A DNA stretch of 64,000 nucleotides from Piromyces finnis finn (lineage: Eukaryota > Fungi > Neocallimastigomycota), in assembly GCA_002104945.1 (NCBI GenBank), contig MCFH01000011.1, positions 744,001 to 808,000 of the forward strand. The letters are read 5' to 3'. The position numbers and the translations under genes were made by a program. The notes beneath the pieces are model-generated. The model did no database searches. It was not told where the DNA came from and worked only from the letters and a program-made list of their open reading frames with translations. Shown here piece after piece: positions 14,119 through 25,798 of the stretch; position 1 is the stretch's first letter; each line of letters opens with the position of its first letter.

Positions 14119-15291
14119 AAAGAAGTCGACCTGACTCCATCCTATCAACTGGTGTCAGCGAATTCTTTATAAAGTATAAAACATGTTATTACAATGAAAT
14201 TAATTTTTTTTTTTTTTTAAGCTCGTTTTCGTATTACTTCATAATATTTTAATATATTATTTAATAAACTTCTTAATTGTATTTATCTAATTTAATTAAT
14301 AATATATTATCCTTGAATATAGTTTATTTATTTAGTTAGTTAATCGAATTTATATTGTATCTTCATATTAAAGAAGTCGACCTGACTCTATCCTTTAAAG
14401 AAAAGGTGTCGTCGAGTTCTTTATTTAGTATGAAGTTAAATTATTTTAAAAGTGATTTTAAATATCAAATCATTTTCTAACTTCATTAAATTAAATTATA
14501 TATTTCAAATTTTCAAGTTAAATTAATTTATAGTATTTTCAATTTAATTTATTATATACTATTTCCCAAAAAGATGTCGATCTGACTCTGTCCTCTAAAA
14601 AGGTGTTATCGAAATCTTATTATAATAAAGAATAATTTATTTATTTAACTAACTTTACACATTTATTACTTTTACTTTTATTGTAAAATTTTAATTCATT
14701 TCTTAATTTTAATTTATTATATACTATATCTAAAAGATGTCGCTCAGACTCTATCCTATCAAAAGGTGTCGAGCGAGGTCTTTTATAATATATAATAAAT
14801 ATATTTCAATAAAATAACTTTTTCCAATAAGTGATATTTACATTTTAATTCACTTATTTCTCAATTTCATTTTAATTAATAAATATCAAAATTTTAATTT
14901 TCATACAATATATTTTAAATAATTCTATAATTATTATATACCATGTTTAAAAGATGTCGCTCAGACTCTATCCTATCAAACGGTGTCGAGCGAGGTCTTT
15001 TAAGTATATAATAAGTTCATTTCAAAATAACAATTAATAATTCATTCAAATAAGTGAAATCAACATACTAATTCACTTATTTCTCAATATATTTAAATAA
15101 TTTTAAAATTTTATTAACTTTTTCTCAATTTTCTTTCTTTTTAAATAAGTTTTAATTTTCTTACTTCGCAATTAATTTTTTGATTTAATTTACTCTTTTA
15201 ATTGTATATATCCAATTTAATTTATAATATACTATGTATAAAAGATGTCGCTCAGACTCTATCATATCAAACGGTGTCGAGCGAGTTCTTT
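14119..15291 (-). repeat. Array of six ~50-nt structured hairpin motifs separated by AT-rich spacers
   Basis: Units start at about 14119, 14370, 14570, 14733, 14950 and 15241; + strand consensus AAAGATGTCGCTCAGACTCTATCCTATCAAACGGTGTCGAGCGAGGTCTTT; one inverted homolog at 16698-16746. Confidence 0.9.
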
Positions 15292-15409
15292 TTATAGTAT
15301 ATTATAATTAAATTTAATTTTAAAAGAGTTTCATCAATTTAAAAACAAGAGTATTTCATAAATATATTTCTATTAGTATTACAGATAGATTTTATATATA
15401 AAGATTTCA

Positions 15410-15607
15410 TTGTTTCACAAAGTAGAGTTACACTCATTCCAATTCCAATATATAAAAGAAAGTTTCACAAAGTAAAGAAGTTCCAAAAACAAAGTTCCAC
15501 GAGATTCGTTCAAAAGAATTCCACGAAGGGAGGATTTCACAAGATAGTGTTCCACAAGCACAATTATAGTTCCACAAAGTAGTGTTTCACAAAGAGGGTT
15601 TCACAAG
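15410..15607 (-). repeat. Cluster of short TT(T/C)CAC(A/G)A(A/G) motifs that continues at 22396-22570 after the Gypsy A insertion; leader of an old minus-strand LTR element
   Basis: About ten TTCACAA/TTCCACAA/TTCCACGA copies; the same motif resumes after the ACAAG TSD. Confidence 0.7.
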
Positions 15608-16334
15608 TGTAAAGATATAAAGTATATCTTTAAATTATTTAATAATTAATTAATAATTATTGAATAATAATTTTGATATTTTAATGAAAAAATTGTTTAT
15701 AAAATTTATTGTATAAATTTTATGGAATAATTAAATAAATATTAATTTTAAAATATCAAAGTTACAAATGAAATTTGGATAAATGTTTAAATTAATGGAT
15801 AATTAAATTTAAATATTTTAAATATTCAAATTAAATCTTAAAAAGTTTTTATTTAATTAAAATTAGTTTAATAACTTTAGCGTAGTTTTAAATTAGCATT
15901 TTTAATTATAAATATATAATAAATAGTATTATTAATATTTAATTAATATATAGGTAATACATGGACTGTATTCAATTTGTAGTTTACTCAAATTGAATCA
16001 AAAGTGTATTTAATTAGTTTTAGTTTAGTTTTATTATTTTATTATTTAATTAAATTAGTATTAAATTAGTTTTGTTTATTTTATATTGAATATATGTATA
16101 ATTAAATAGAATAGTATATTAAAATATAATTTACAAAAAATATAAATACATGTAAATTTTCTTAATTAAAACGATGTAATTGTTATTGACTATTATTTAG
16201 TTAATAACTAAATAAAATTAATAAAAGAGATATTTTTTTAAATATAATTTATTTTCTTGTTTTTTCTTTATTTTGTGTTGTTGTTTTATTGTAAAAAATT
16301 TTATAATATGTTTTACATTTATAAAACTTTTACA

Positions 16335-16345
16335 ATAACAATTAC
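16335..16345 (+). promoter_or_regulatory. Self-priming primer-binding site of element A (ATAACAATTAC)
   Basis: Directly follows the 5' LTR; no TGG tRNA PBS; exact complement of GTAATTGTTAT at 16176-16186, 35 nt after TATAAATA (16141). Confidence 0.8.
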
Positions 16346-16838
16346 CTTTGTTCTAATAAAACACGTTATAAATTTTTTTAATAAAACATATTTAATAAAA
16401 TTTTTTTTACTACCGCGTTTTAGGGACTCTCTACCTTGCTTTGAAATTTGCTACCGTGTTTAGAAACTAACTACCGCGTTTTAGGGACTCTCTACCTTGT
16501 TTTGAAATTTGCTACCGCGTAATAAAGGATTATCTACCGCGTTTTGGTATTGCTACCGTGTCATTTAGAACGACTACTTTGCTTTAGAGATATCTACCGC
16601 GTCCATCATTGTACTTGTATATATTGTGGATCAACTTTATTTAATCTTCCACCAACATCTACTATTGTACTCTATTTAATTTTGTTACTATATTTTTAAG
16701 AGCTCGTCTAACACCGTTTGATAGGATAGAGTTACGACGACATCTTAATTAAAATATTGTAAAAAATTAAATAAGTAAATATTAAACATACTGGAAGAAA
16801 TAAACCAACTTTTATCTAACCTCCACTTAAACGGAAAT

Positions 16839-19800
16839 ATGGACCGTCAAGGGGCGTCTTTGAGGATAGTTAATGATCCTCCAACTTTCTCAGGAAGAAG
16901 ACAAGAACTAGATGGGTTCTTGACCAGGGTTGAACTAGCCATTGAAGCCAACCCTGATAGATTCGCTAATGATGAAGCGAGAGTTCGCTTCTTAATATCT
17001 TACTTTGTTAACAGACCTTTAGAATGGGCCGCTCGTTTACGACAGAACAACGACGCCATTCTAAGAAACTATGATCAATTTATTGCTGCCCTTCGTACCA
17101 ATTTCGGGGATCCCAATAATGACACAATTGTTGCAAATGGAAGACTTTGCAACATAAAACAAAGAAAGTTTGGCAAAGTGTTTGAATATATTAATGAATT
17201 TCAACGCGTTAGCCAAAACTCTAATTTCAATGAAGCAGCGAAGATATATATGTTCACAAAGGGCCTACATCCAAAAATGCGTGAACATTTAGCAATAGTC
17301 AACCCAAATCCTACTCAGCTAGAGCGTCTCTACTCTGATGTCCTTAGCATAGAAAATCTTACTAAGAGAAATGACATCAGCGAATATTATATGACGCACC
17401 AAGATAGAAGAAATTATAATCGTGACGATCCAATGGATGTTGACCTATATAGGATTAGCAAGGGTCAACGAAACGTAAATTACTTCCCATCTCACAGAAG
17501 TAATTACGTTGAACCTTCTACTACTAGATCGGATTTAAAGAAAAAAGGGGTTTGTTTTTCTTGTGGGAAGTCTGGACACATGCAGTTCAATTGTCCAAAC
17601 AGGAAAAAGCCTAAGAGTGTTAAGATTATTAAAAGGACTATCTCCGAAGAAGAAGCCAGTTCTTCAACCCCTTCAGTCAAAAGAATTAGACCAACCAAAG
17701 ATGTTACTGAGAATGATTCAAACTTATATAAAATACACAAAAGTGAAAAGAAGAACATCATCGATTTTTATATAAAAACAAACGTGGAAGAAGTGAAAGT
17801 CAAAGTCCTTATTGATTCCGGCTCTGATTTAAATTTTATTCATCCTGAATTTGCGAGAATTAATAACATTAAGCTTTACAATATCAGGAATCCTTTTAAG
17901 GTTTCTGGTCTTGGTCAAGGTAATTCCACTGTTAGAAAAGAATCCGAAAAGTGTATTCTCCGTTTAAGGAACCATTACGAAGTAATTCAACTGTACTCGT
18001 TAAGGATTCCCGAAGTCGATGTTATTCTTGGAGTACCTTGGATTGAGAAACATTGTCCAGTTTATTATCATGATTCCTCAAAAATTGCCTTTAGCTCCGG
18101 ATACTGTGCTCGACACTGTAATGTAGGCAAAAGGAGAAATAAGGGTACAACCAATATGGATAAGAAATCGATGCCATCATCAAGAAAAGGGAAAGAAGCT
18201 GCCTTGGATAACGAAAATGAACAATCCTCTTGCATTGACCGTGGTTTTTCCGACTATGACGAATCCTTTTGTTGTGACTCTAGTGATGACGAAGAAACTG
18301 TTAATATCAGGGGCCGTAGAACCTCCGTTAAAACCATTAGTAACTTAGATAGTTGTAATAAAATTAAATTTAGTGATAGTTTAAATAGCAATAATAATGA
18401 TAATAATAATAATTGTAATTTTAAATGTACATGTAATAATATTAATTGTATTGATGATAATTTAAATAAAGATAATAATTCGGTCACTGGACCAAAACAA
18501 TACTCATTTTCAAAAGAAGTGATTAATAATAACAATTTTTGTGTATTAAATTCCGTTAGTAACTGTAATAATTTATCTTGTAATATTATTAATAAATGTA
18601 AAACTGAAAATAATAATTTAAATAAAGATAAAAAATCTGTTGAAATCCCAAATCAATATTTATTATTTAAAGAGGTTTTTAATGAAAAGAATTGTAATAT
18701 TTTACCTCCACATCGTGAATACGATTGTGAAATCAGATTAAAGGATAATTCTAACTTGTTTTATGGTCCTCTTTATCCTGTAACTGAGGCAGAGAGAGAT
18801 GAATTAAAATGTTATATTAAAGAAAATTTGGAAAAAGGTTTCATTAGGAAATCTACATCTCCTGCCGGAGCACCAGTTTTATTTGTCAAAAAGAAAGATG
18901 GGTCATTAAGACTATGCGTTGATTATAGGAAACTTAATGATATGACCATTAGAAATTCATATCCTCTTCCATTAATTGGTGACTTATTGGATAGAGTGAA
19001 GGGTGCAAAGTACTTTACTAAATTGGACTTAAAGTCTGCTTATAATTTAGTAAGAATCAAAGAGGGTGATGAATACAAAACTGCCTTTAGAACAAGATAT
19101 GGGTATTTTGAATATCTCGTCATGCCTTTTGGTTTAAAGAATGCACCAGCTACTTTCCAACATTTCATAAATGATGTCCTTAGTGATTATTTGGATGATT
19201 TTGCTATATCATATATTGATGATATTCTAATATACTCAAATAGTCTAGAAGAGCATCATGAACATGTTAAAAAAGTATTGGAAAAATTATTAGAAAATAA
19301 TTTATATGTAAAGTTAGAGAAGTGTGAGTTTGATGTTTCAGAAACCACTTTTCTTGGTTATGTATTATCCAAAGATGGTTTGAAAATGGATAGAGATAAA
19401 GTTAAAGCTATCCTCGACTGGCCTGTTCCTACAAATGTTAAAGAAGTCCAATCTTTTATTGGATTATGCAATTATTATAGAATTTTTATTAAAGACTTTG
19501 CAAAAATCGCAAGTCCTTTACATAAACTTACTAGGAAAAATGTTCCTTTTAATTGGGCTTCTGAGTGTCAAAATGCATTTGTTATACTTAAAAAGGCTTT
19601 TACTTCTGCTCCTATTTTAATGAACCCTGATAGCAACAAACCTTTTATTGTTGAGACTGACGCTAGTAACTTTGCAGTCGGTGCAATTCTTTCACAAGAG
19701 TTTGAAGGGCAATTGCACCCTATTGCTTTTATTTCATCTAGCTTAACCAAGTCTCAAAGAAATTATCAAATTTATGATAAAGAGTTGCTCGCTATCAAAG

Positions 19801-21632
19801 TGGCTCTCGAAGAATGGAGACACTATCTGGAAGGTGCAAAGCATCAGTTCGTCATTTATACTGATCATAAGAATTTAACTTTCCCAAGAAAGCCTGAAAT
19901 GCTCTCACAAAGACAGATAAGATGGTATGAATTCTTATCTAGATTTGATTTTAAGTTAATATATAGGGCTGGAAAAAAGTGTGGCAAACCTGATTTGTTA
20001 TCCAGACGTAGTGATCACATTGAATGTAGTAATTTTAGTTGTAATTTTATTTCATGTAATGTAATTAATACTTTTAATAAAGATGATTCTTTAATCAATT
20101 CTATTTTATGTTCTTTAAAAAATGATGATTTATATAATAAAGTTTGTGTATTTTTAAATGAAAAAAATTCTTTGTCCCCTCCGATTAGGAATATTAATAA
20201 AGTTAAAATTGATAAAGAAGGATTTTTACTTTACGATAATTTAATTTATGTTCCTTCTTCATTAAGAACTAGGGTCTTAGAATTACATCATGATTCTATT
20301 TCTGCTGGTCACTTTGGTGTTAATAAAATTATTGAATTAATTAGTAGAAATTTTTGGTGGCCAAAATTTAGTTATGATGTTAAAAAATTTATAAAGTCTT
20401 GTGAAACTTGTTGTAAAGCTAAAGTTCCAAGACATAAACCATATGGTTTGCTTTCTCCTCTTTCCACGCCTAATAGAGCTTGGTCGGAATTGTCAATAGA
20501 TTTTATTGTCGAGCTTCCAAAATCCAAAGACATGACTACCATTATGGTTATAGTAGATAGGTTAACAAAAATGGCTCATTTTATTCCTTTAAGATGTTTG
20601 CCTACTGCTTCTATAGCAGCTGATGTTTTTGTTAACAATATCTTTAAATTACATGGTTTTCCTGATTCCATCATTTCTGATCGAGGTACTCAATTTACCT
20701 CAGACTTTTGGAATCGTTTATGTAATTTGTTAAATATTAAACTTGCTTTTTCTACTGCAAACCATCCTGAAACTGATGGTCAAACGGAGAGGGTGAACGG
20801 GATATTGGAACAATATCTCCGTTGTTTTATTAACGAAAAACAGAATAACTGGGTTGATTTGTTACCTTTTGCTGAATTTGCTTATAACAATACTTTACAG
20901 CAATCAATCAATCAATCTCCGTTTTTCGCTAATTATGGGTTCAATCCAAAATTCAATCCTGAAATTCCTTCAGCGAATAGACCAAATAGAGCTGAACAAA
21001 GAATTTTGGATATTAATGAAAACATTAAATTTTTAAAAGTAAATCTTGATCAAGCAAAAGAAACCTACAAAAAGTATGCTGATCAAAAGAGAATGGAATC
21101 CCCAAGTTTCGAAGTTGGTAAAAAAGTTTGGTTATTAAAAGGTATTAATCCTTCAAACAAAAATGTTAAAAGAAAACTTGCTGATCAAATGCTCGGACCT
21201 TTTGAAATAATCAAGAAGGTAAGTCCTTTAGCATTTGAATTAAAGTTGCCAAATAATTTACGTTGCCACCCTGTTTTTCATGTCTCGTTATTAGAACCTT
21301 ATAACGAAAATGAATTTATAAATAGATCAGTAATAAATAAAAGAAAAAATATTAAGTTAACTACTGATACTATTGATAGGATTCCTGATAAGATTATTCA
21401 AGAAAGAAATTATCATGGAAAGAAATCTTTCTTGATGACATGGAAAAATCTTGACGAAAATACTTGGATCCCGGAAGATCAAATTTCAGATGTACAATTG
21501 ATCCAAGAATTTTATAGGAAAAATAAAAAGTCTAGAAAAGAAAGTCAAGATCAAGTTTATACAAGGAATAACAATGGTATGATCAGACATAGATATCAAC
21601 CATTTGTAATTGATATTCCTTCAAAGAAATAA
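16839..21632 (+). CDS. Gag-Pol polyprotein (gag, CCHC knuckle, protease, RT, RNase H, integrase, degenerate chromodomain)
   Basis: CFSCGKSGHMQFNC; LIDSGS; RLCVDYRKLN, YIDDILI; [16 protein letters not shown]; HHDS..AGH..C..C, FIVELP, SDRGTQF, QTERVN; GPFEI..HPVFHVSLL; C-terminal IIQER..FLMTWK. Confidence 0.97.
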   Translation: MDRQGASLRIVNDPPTFSGRRQELDGFLTRVELAIEANPDRFANDEARVRFLISYFVNRPLEWAARLRQNNDAILRNYDQFIAALRTNFGDPNNDTIVANGRLCNIKQRKFGKVFEYINEFQRVSQNSNFNEAAKIYMFTKGLHPKMREHLAIVNPNPTQLERLYSDVLSIENLTKRNDISEYYMTHQDRRNYNRDDPMDVDLYRISKGQRNVNYFPSHRSNYVEPSTTRSDLKKKGVCFSCGKSGHMQFNCPNRKKPKSVKIIKRTISEEEASSSTPSVKRIRPTKDVTENDSNLYKIHKSEKKNIIDFYIKTNVEEVKVKVLIDSGSDLNFIHPEFARINNIKLYNIRNPFKVSGLGQGNSTVRKESEKCILRLRNHYEVIQLYSLRIPEVDVILGVPWIEKHCPVYYHDSSKIAFSSGYCARHCNVGKRRNKGTTNMDKKSMPSSRKGKEAALDNENEQSSCIDRGFSDYDESFCCDSSDDEETVNIRGRRTSVKTISNLDSCNKIKFSDSLNSNNNDNNNNCNFKCTCNNINCIDDNLNKDNNSVTGPKQYSFSKEVINNNNFCVLNSVSNCNNLSCNIINKCKTENNNLNKDKKSVEIPNQYLLFKEVFNEKNCNILPPHREYDCEIRLKDNSNLFYGPLYPVTEAERDELKCYIKENLEKGFIRKSTSPAGAPVLFVKKKDGSLRLCVDYRKLNDMTIRNSYPLPLIGDLLDRVKGAKYFTKLDLKSAYNLVRIKEGDEYKTAFRTRYGYFEYLVMPFGLKNAPATFQHFINDVLSDYLDDFAISYIDDILIYSNSLEEHHEHVKKVLEKLLENNLYVKLEKCEFDVSETTFLGYVLSKDGLKMDRDKVKAILDWPVPTNVKEVQSFIGLCNYYRIFIKDFAKIASPLHKLTRKNVPFNWASECQNAFVILKKAFTSAPILMNPDSNKPFIVETDASNFAVGAILSQEFEGQLHPIAFISSSLTKSQRNYQIYDKELLAIKVALEEWRHYLEGAKHQFVIYTDHKNLTFPRKPEMLSQRQIRWYEFLSRFDFKLIYRAGKKCGKPDLLSRRSDHIECSNFSCNFISCNVINTFNKDDSLINSILCSLKNDDLYNKVCVFLNEKNSLSPPIRNINKVKIDKEGFLLYDNLIYVPSSLRTRVLELHHDSISAGHFGVNKIIELISRNFWWPKFSYDVKKFIKSCETCCKAKVPRHKPYGLLSPLSTPNRAWSELSIDFIVELPKSKDMTTIMVIVDRLTKMAHFIPLRCLPTASIAADVFVNNIFKLHGFPDSIISDRGTQFTSDFWNRLCNLLNIKLAFSTANHPETDGQTERVNGILEQYLRCFINEKQNNWVDLLPFAEFAYNNTLQQSINQSPFFANYGFNPKFNPEIPSANRPNRAEQRILDINENIKFLKVNLDQAKETYKKYADQKRMESPSFEVGKKVWLLKGINPSNKNVKRKLADQMLGPFEIIKKVSPLAFELKLPNNLRCHPVFHVSLLEPYNENEFINRSVINKRKNIKLTTDTIDRIPDKIIQERNYHGKKSFLMTWKNLDENTWIPEDQISDVQLIQEFYRKNKKSRKESQDQVYTRNNNGMIRHRYQPFVIDIPSKK

Positions 21633-22653
21633 TCTCGCAGGAGCTCGACTTAAAGGGCGAGATTGTAAAGATATAAAGTATATCTTTAAATTATTTAATA
21701 ATTAATTAATAATTATTGAATAATAATTTTGATATTTTAATGAAAAAATTGTTTATAAAATTTATTGTATAAATTTTATGGAATAATTAAATAAATATTA
21801 ATTTTAAAATATCAAAGTTACAAATGAAATTTGGATAAATGTTTAAATTAATGGATAATTAAATTTAAATATTTTAAATATTCAAATTAAATCTTAAAAA
21901 GTTTTTATTTAATTAAAATTAGTTTAATAACTTTAGCGTAGTTTTAAATTAGCATTTTTAATTATAAATATACAATAAATAGTATTATTAATATTTAATT
22001 AATATATAGGTAATACATGGACTGTATTCAATTTGCAGTTTACTCAAATTGAATCAAAAGTGTATTTAATTAGTTTTAGTTTAGTTTTATTATTTTATTA
22101 TTTAATTAAATTAGTATTAAATTAGTTTTGTTTATTTTATATTGAATATATGTATAATTAAATAGAATAGTATATTAAAATATAATTTACAAAAAATATA
22201 AATACATGTAAATTTTCTTAATTAAAACGATGTAATTGTTATTGACTATTATTTAGTTAATAACTAAATAAAATTAATAAAAGAGATATTTTTTTAAATA
22301 TAATTTATTTTCTTGTTTTTTCTTTATTTTGTGTTGTTGTTTTATTGTAAAAAATTTTATAATCTGTTTTACATTTATAAAACTTTTACAACAAGGTAGT
22401 ATTCACAAATTTTATTTAGAATTTCACAAAGTAGGGTAACACAAAACTAATGTTACACTGACAGAAGTTACACCATAAATAGTTCCACAAGGTAGGCTTC
22501 TCAAGTAGACAAAAAAATTTCCGAAGAGAAAAAATTTCCGAAAAGTTCCAAATTTTCTACGGTAGCAATTCCCAATGTTGTAACTTCAGAAAATAAAAAT
22601 TGTTTTATTATTAAATATAAAACGTGTTTTTTAATAAGAAAAGGTAATTGTTA

Positions 22654-24057
22654 TTGTAAAAGTATAAAATTTAAAACAGATTTTATACTTAAAATAAAAA
22701 CAATTTTTATTAACACAAAAAATAAAAAAAATAAAACATTAAATTTTTATTTAAAAAAAAATTTTTATTTAAACTCTTAAAAAATATTATTAACTATATA
22801 ATAGTTAATAATTAAAAAATTGAAAATAACAATTACATCGATTTAATAAACAAAAATTACATGTATTTATATTTTTTCATAATTATATTCTAATATATTA
22901 TTCTATTTAAATAAACATATATTTAATATAAAATAAACAACCCTAATCTAATTAAATAATAAAATAACAAAATTAAACTAAAACTAATTCATTATACTTT
23001 TAATTCAATTTGAGTAAACTCAAAATTGAATAAAGCCCATGTATTTTCTATAAATTAATTTAATATTATCAATACTATTGTAATGTTGAACACTGAAAGA
23101 ATAGATTAGGATATCTATTCTATTACAATAACACAAAAATTTGAAAAATAAAATAAAAAATTGTTTTATAAAATATCTTTTATTATAATAGAATTTTAAT
23201 AATAACAATTACATCGATAAAATGATGAAAAATATCTTCTATTTATATTTTTCCTAAATACATTTATATTATATTATAACTATTTATTTCTTATATATTA
23301 TTATTTAAAATCTACACTAAAATCTTAATTATTAATAAATATTTAAACTATAACTATTTTTAGTAAAATACAATTGGCAATTCAAATTAAGTACTATTCA
23401 ATTTGAATATGTGCCCATGTATTATTGATATATTAATCATTTATTATTTATCTATTTCTATAAAAAAACAATACTAAAACTAGGTATTTAAATTGAGAAT
23501 ATTAATTTACTTGTTAAACATTAAAAATAAATTAATAATTTATTTTGTTTTAAACTTTAATTATTAATAAATAAATTATGTCTCATTTTCTTTTTCTGAA
23601 TATAATTTGTGTAACTTAAACAATAATACTTGTGGCTTAAGTTACATTAAAGATATCAAGTTGAGGCGTTTGATATCTTTACAACTATTCTTAATATATT
23701 TCCTATTGAAATATAAATAAATCTATTTTTAAAACTAAGTTAAAATTATTAAACTATTCTAAATTTAAATAAAAAAGTATAATCTATTCTAAAATTAAAT
23801 AAAAAATATTTAAAAAATATTTTAATTATTTTAAATATTTGAAATATTTAAATTTAATTAAAATTCTTTTATTCCTTAAATTTAAATATTTATCTTAATT
23901 TAATTTTAACGGAATTATTATAAAACAATTTATTATTAAATTATTCCATAAAATTTATTCAAAAATTTTATAATCAGTTTTACTAAATATTAATTTATTA
24001 TTTAATAATTAATAATTAATTATTAAATAATCTAAAGATATATCTTATATCTTTACA
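22654..24057 (-). mobile_element. Family D LTR (5' LTR of an old minus-strand element), interrupted by a family C solo LTR
   Basis: Reverse complement of the 56010-56799 family; followed on the minus strand by the PBS ATAACAATTAC (22643-22653); ~794 bp after removing the insert. Confidence 0.85.
23079..23683 (-). mobile_element. Solo LTR, family C
   Basis: TG...CA ends; TSD ACTAT (23074-23078, 23684-23688). Confidence 0.9.
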
Positions 24058-24984
24058 ACAGCTATATTGATGACATTATAGTTTTCTCCAATGACGCCTC
24101 TGCTCATCTTAAGCACTTATCAGAAGTTTTAAAAAGACTTCGAGAAGTCGGCCTATTTGCAAAACTAGAAAAATGTGAGTTTTTCAGTCCCTTCCTTGAT
24201 TTTCTTGGTCACCGAATATCAGCCGATGGAATACTTATGGATCCGAAGAAAATCTCTTCTATTTTAGAATGGCCTATTCCAACTAATGTTAAGGAGTTAC
24301 GACAATTCTTGGGTTTGTCTAATTAATACCGCCGATTTATTTCAGGTTACGCGAAGATTGTCCATCCCCTTAATAATCTCTTAAGAAAAAATGTAAAATT
24401 TAAAGTATCCGGTGAAGCCTTAGTCTAGTTTAACACAATAAAAGCAAAATTCACCTCCGCACCTATTTTGGCTTACCCTAATAGAGACCTTCCTTTTATG
24501 GTAGAAACCGATAGTAGTAATTTTGCGATTGGGGCCATACTTTCTCAGACATCATCAACTGATAATATTACTCATGCATTAGCTTTCTATTCAAGATCTC
24601 CAACACCTGCTGAACGTAATTATTCCATTTATGATAAAGAACTCTTGGCCATCGTGGACTCACTCGAGCACTGGAGACACTTTTTGAAAGGAACGGAAAC
24701 CCCATTTAAAATTTTCTCTGACCATCGCAATTTACTTTACCTGAAGAAACCAGAGAAAATGACACAAAGACTTGTTCGTTGGTCTTTGTTCTTATCAGAA
24801 TTTAATTTTAAATAGTCTATCGTCCAGGATATTCTAAGCCGATACTTTATCTTGTCGTTCAGATTACGTTACTTCTAATGATTCTTCTTCCTCTGATACA
24901 CCATTTTCAGTTCTTAGACCTGAAAACTTTTGTGCTATTATCACTACGGTTTCTTCCTTAAATGAACAAATTTTATCAGGATAC
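24058..24984 (+). pseudogene. Decayed Gypsy pol fragment (RT C-terminal half and RNase H), closely related to element B
   Basis: [20 protein letters not shown] and [35 protein letters not shown]; in-frame stops and frameshifts. Confidence 0.88.
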
Positions 24985-25400
24985 TGTAAAGAAATGTGTC
25001 TTTAACAATAAAAACAAATTATAATATTTACTAAATAACTTCGTAATATTACCATTTTAAAATATTCTGTAAATTATTAATTTATAAAAATATCATTAAA
25101 AACACATAGAATTTAACTTAATAAATTAGTGTTTAATAATATAATTATTTATTAATAAAATCTCGATTTTTTTAAAATATTTGGGAAAATTCACTCGTAT
25201 TTATACTAAAAATTTTTTAAATTAATTTATAAAATTTTTTCAACTTAAATTTTTTAACCAATCAATAATCTTCATATAAAATAAAATTATTTTAAAAAAA
25301 TAAAATTATAATTGTAAAATAGAATTTGAGTCTCAATCTAGTGTCATTCAGACCCAAAGTCTTAGATACTACCCACTAAGACACTTTAGTTATTTCTAGT
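24985..25400. mobile_element. LTR-like repeat, family E; right boundary approximate
   Basis: Starts TGTAAAGAAATG; inverted near-copy at ~32540-32970; hairpin GTCTTAG-N10-CTAAGAC also seen at ~59307. Confidence 0.65.
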
Positions 25401-25798
25401 ACTCTTGTTAAGGAATGAACATAAATAGTTGAATTAGCTAGAATTTTAGGATTTAACCTTCAACTATTTATATTCCTTATTATAGTTTAACTCTATTTTT
25501 AAAATATAAAAATTATAATATAATTTTTATACATTTTTCTAGTAATTATTAATATTTTTATTATATAGTTATATTATTTGTATATAGTTATTTAAGACCT
25601 TTATTATCAGTATTAGTATAATTACTTATAATATTTTATACTTGTAAAATTTTACCAAATTTTATTATTAAAATAGTTATAGGTATTTTATTATTATTTA
25701 AGGTTTATTATTAATTAACCTTATTATATAATATTTTATAATTTAAAATTATGACATAGAATTTAATTATAATTTTTACTAAAAGAGGCAACTGTTAC

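Larger units (their letters stand above)
15608..22390 (+). mobile_element. Full-length Ty3/Gypsy (chromovirus-type) LTR retrotransposon, element A
   Basis: 727-bp near-identical LTRs 15608-16334 and 21664-22390 (TG...CA); TSD ACAAG (15603-15607, 22391-22395); PPT AAAGGGCGAGA before the 3' LTR; intact 1597-aa ORF. Confidence 0.97.

Noticed and set aside
14119-15291. CRISPR array
   Set aside because: Eukaryotic context, no cas genes, ~50-nt repeats that vary with covariation, and 110-240-nt AT-rich spacers; the motif is homologous to a retrotransposon leader.
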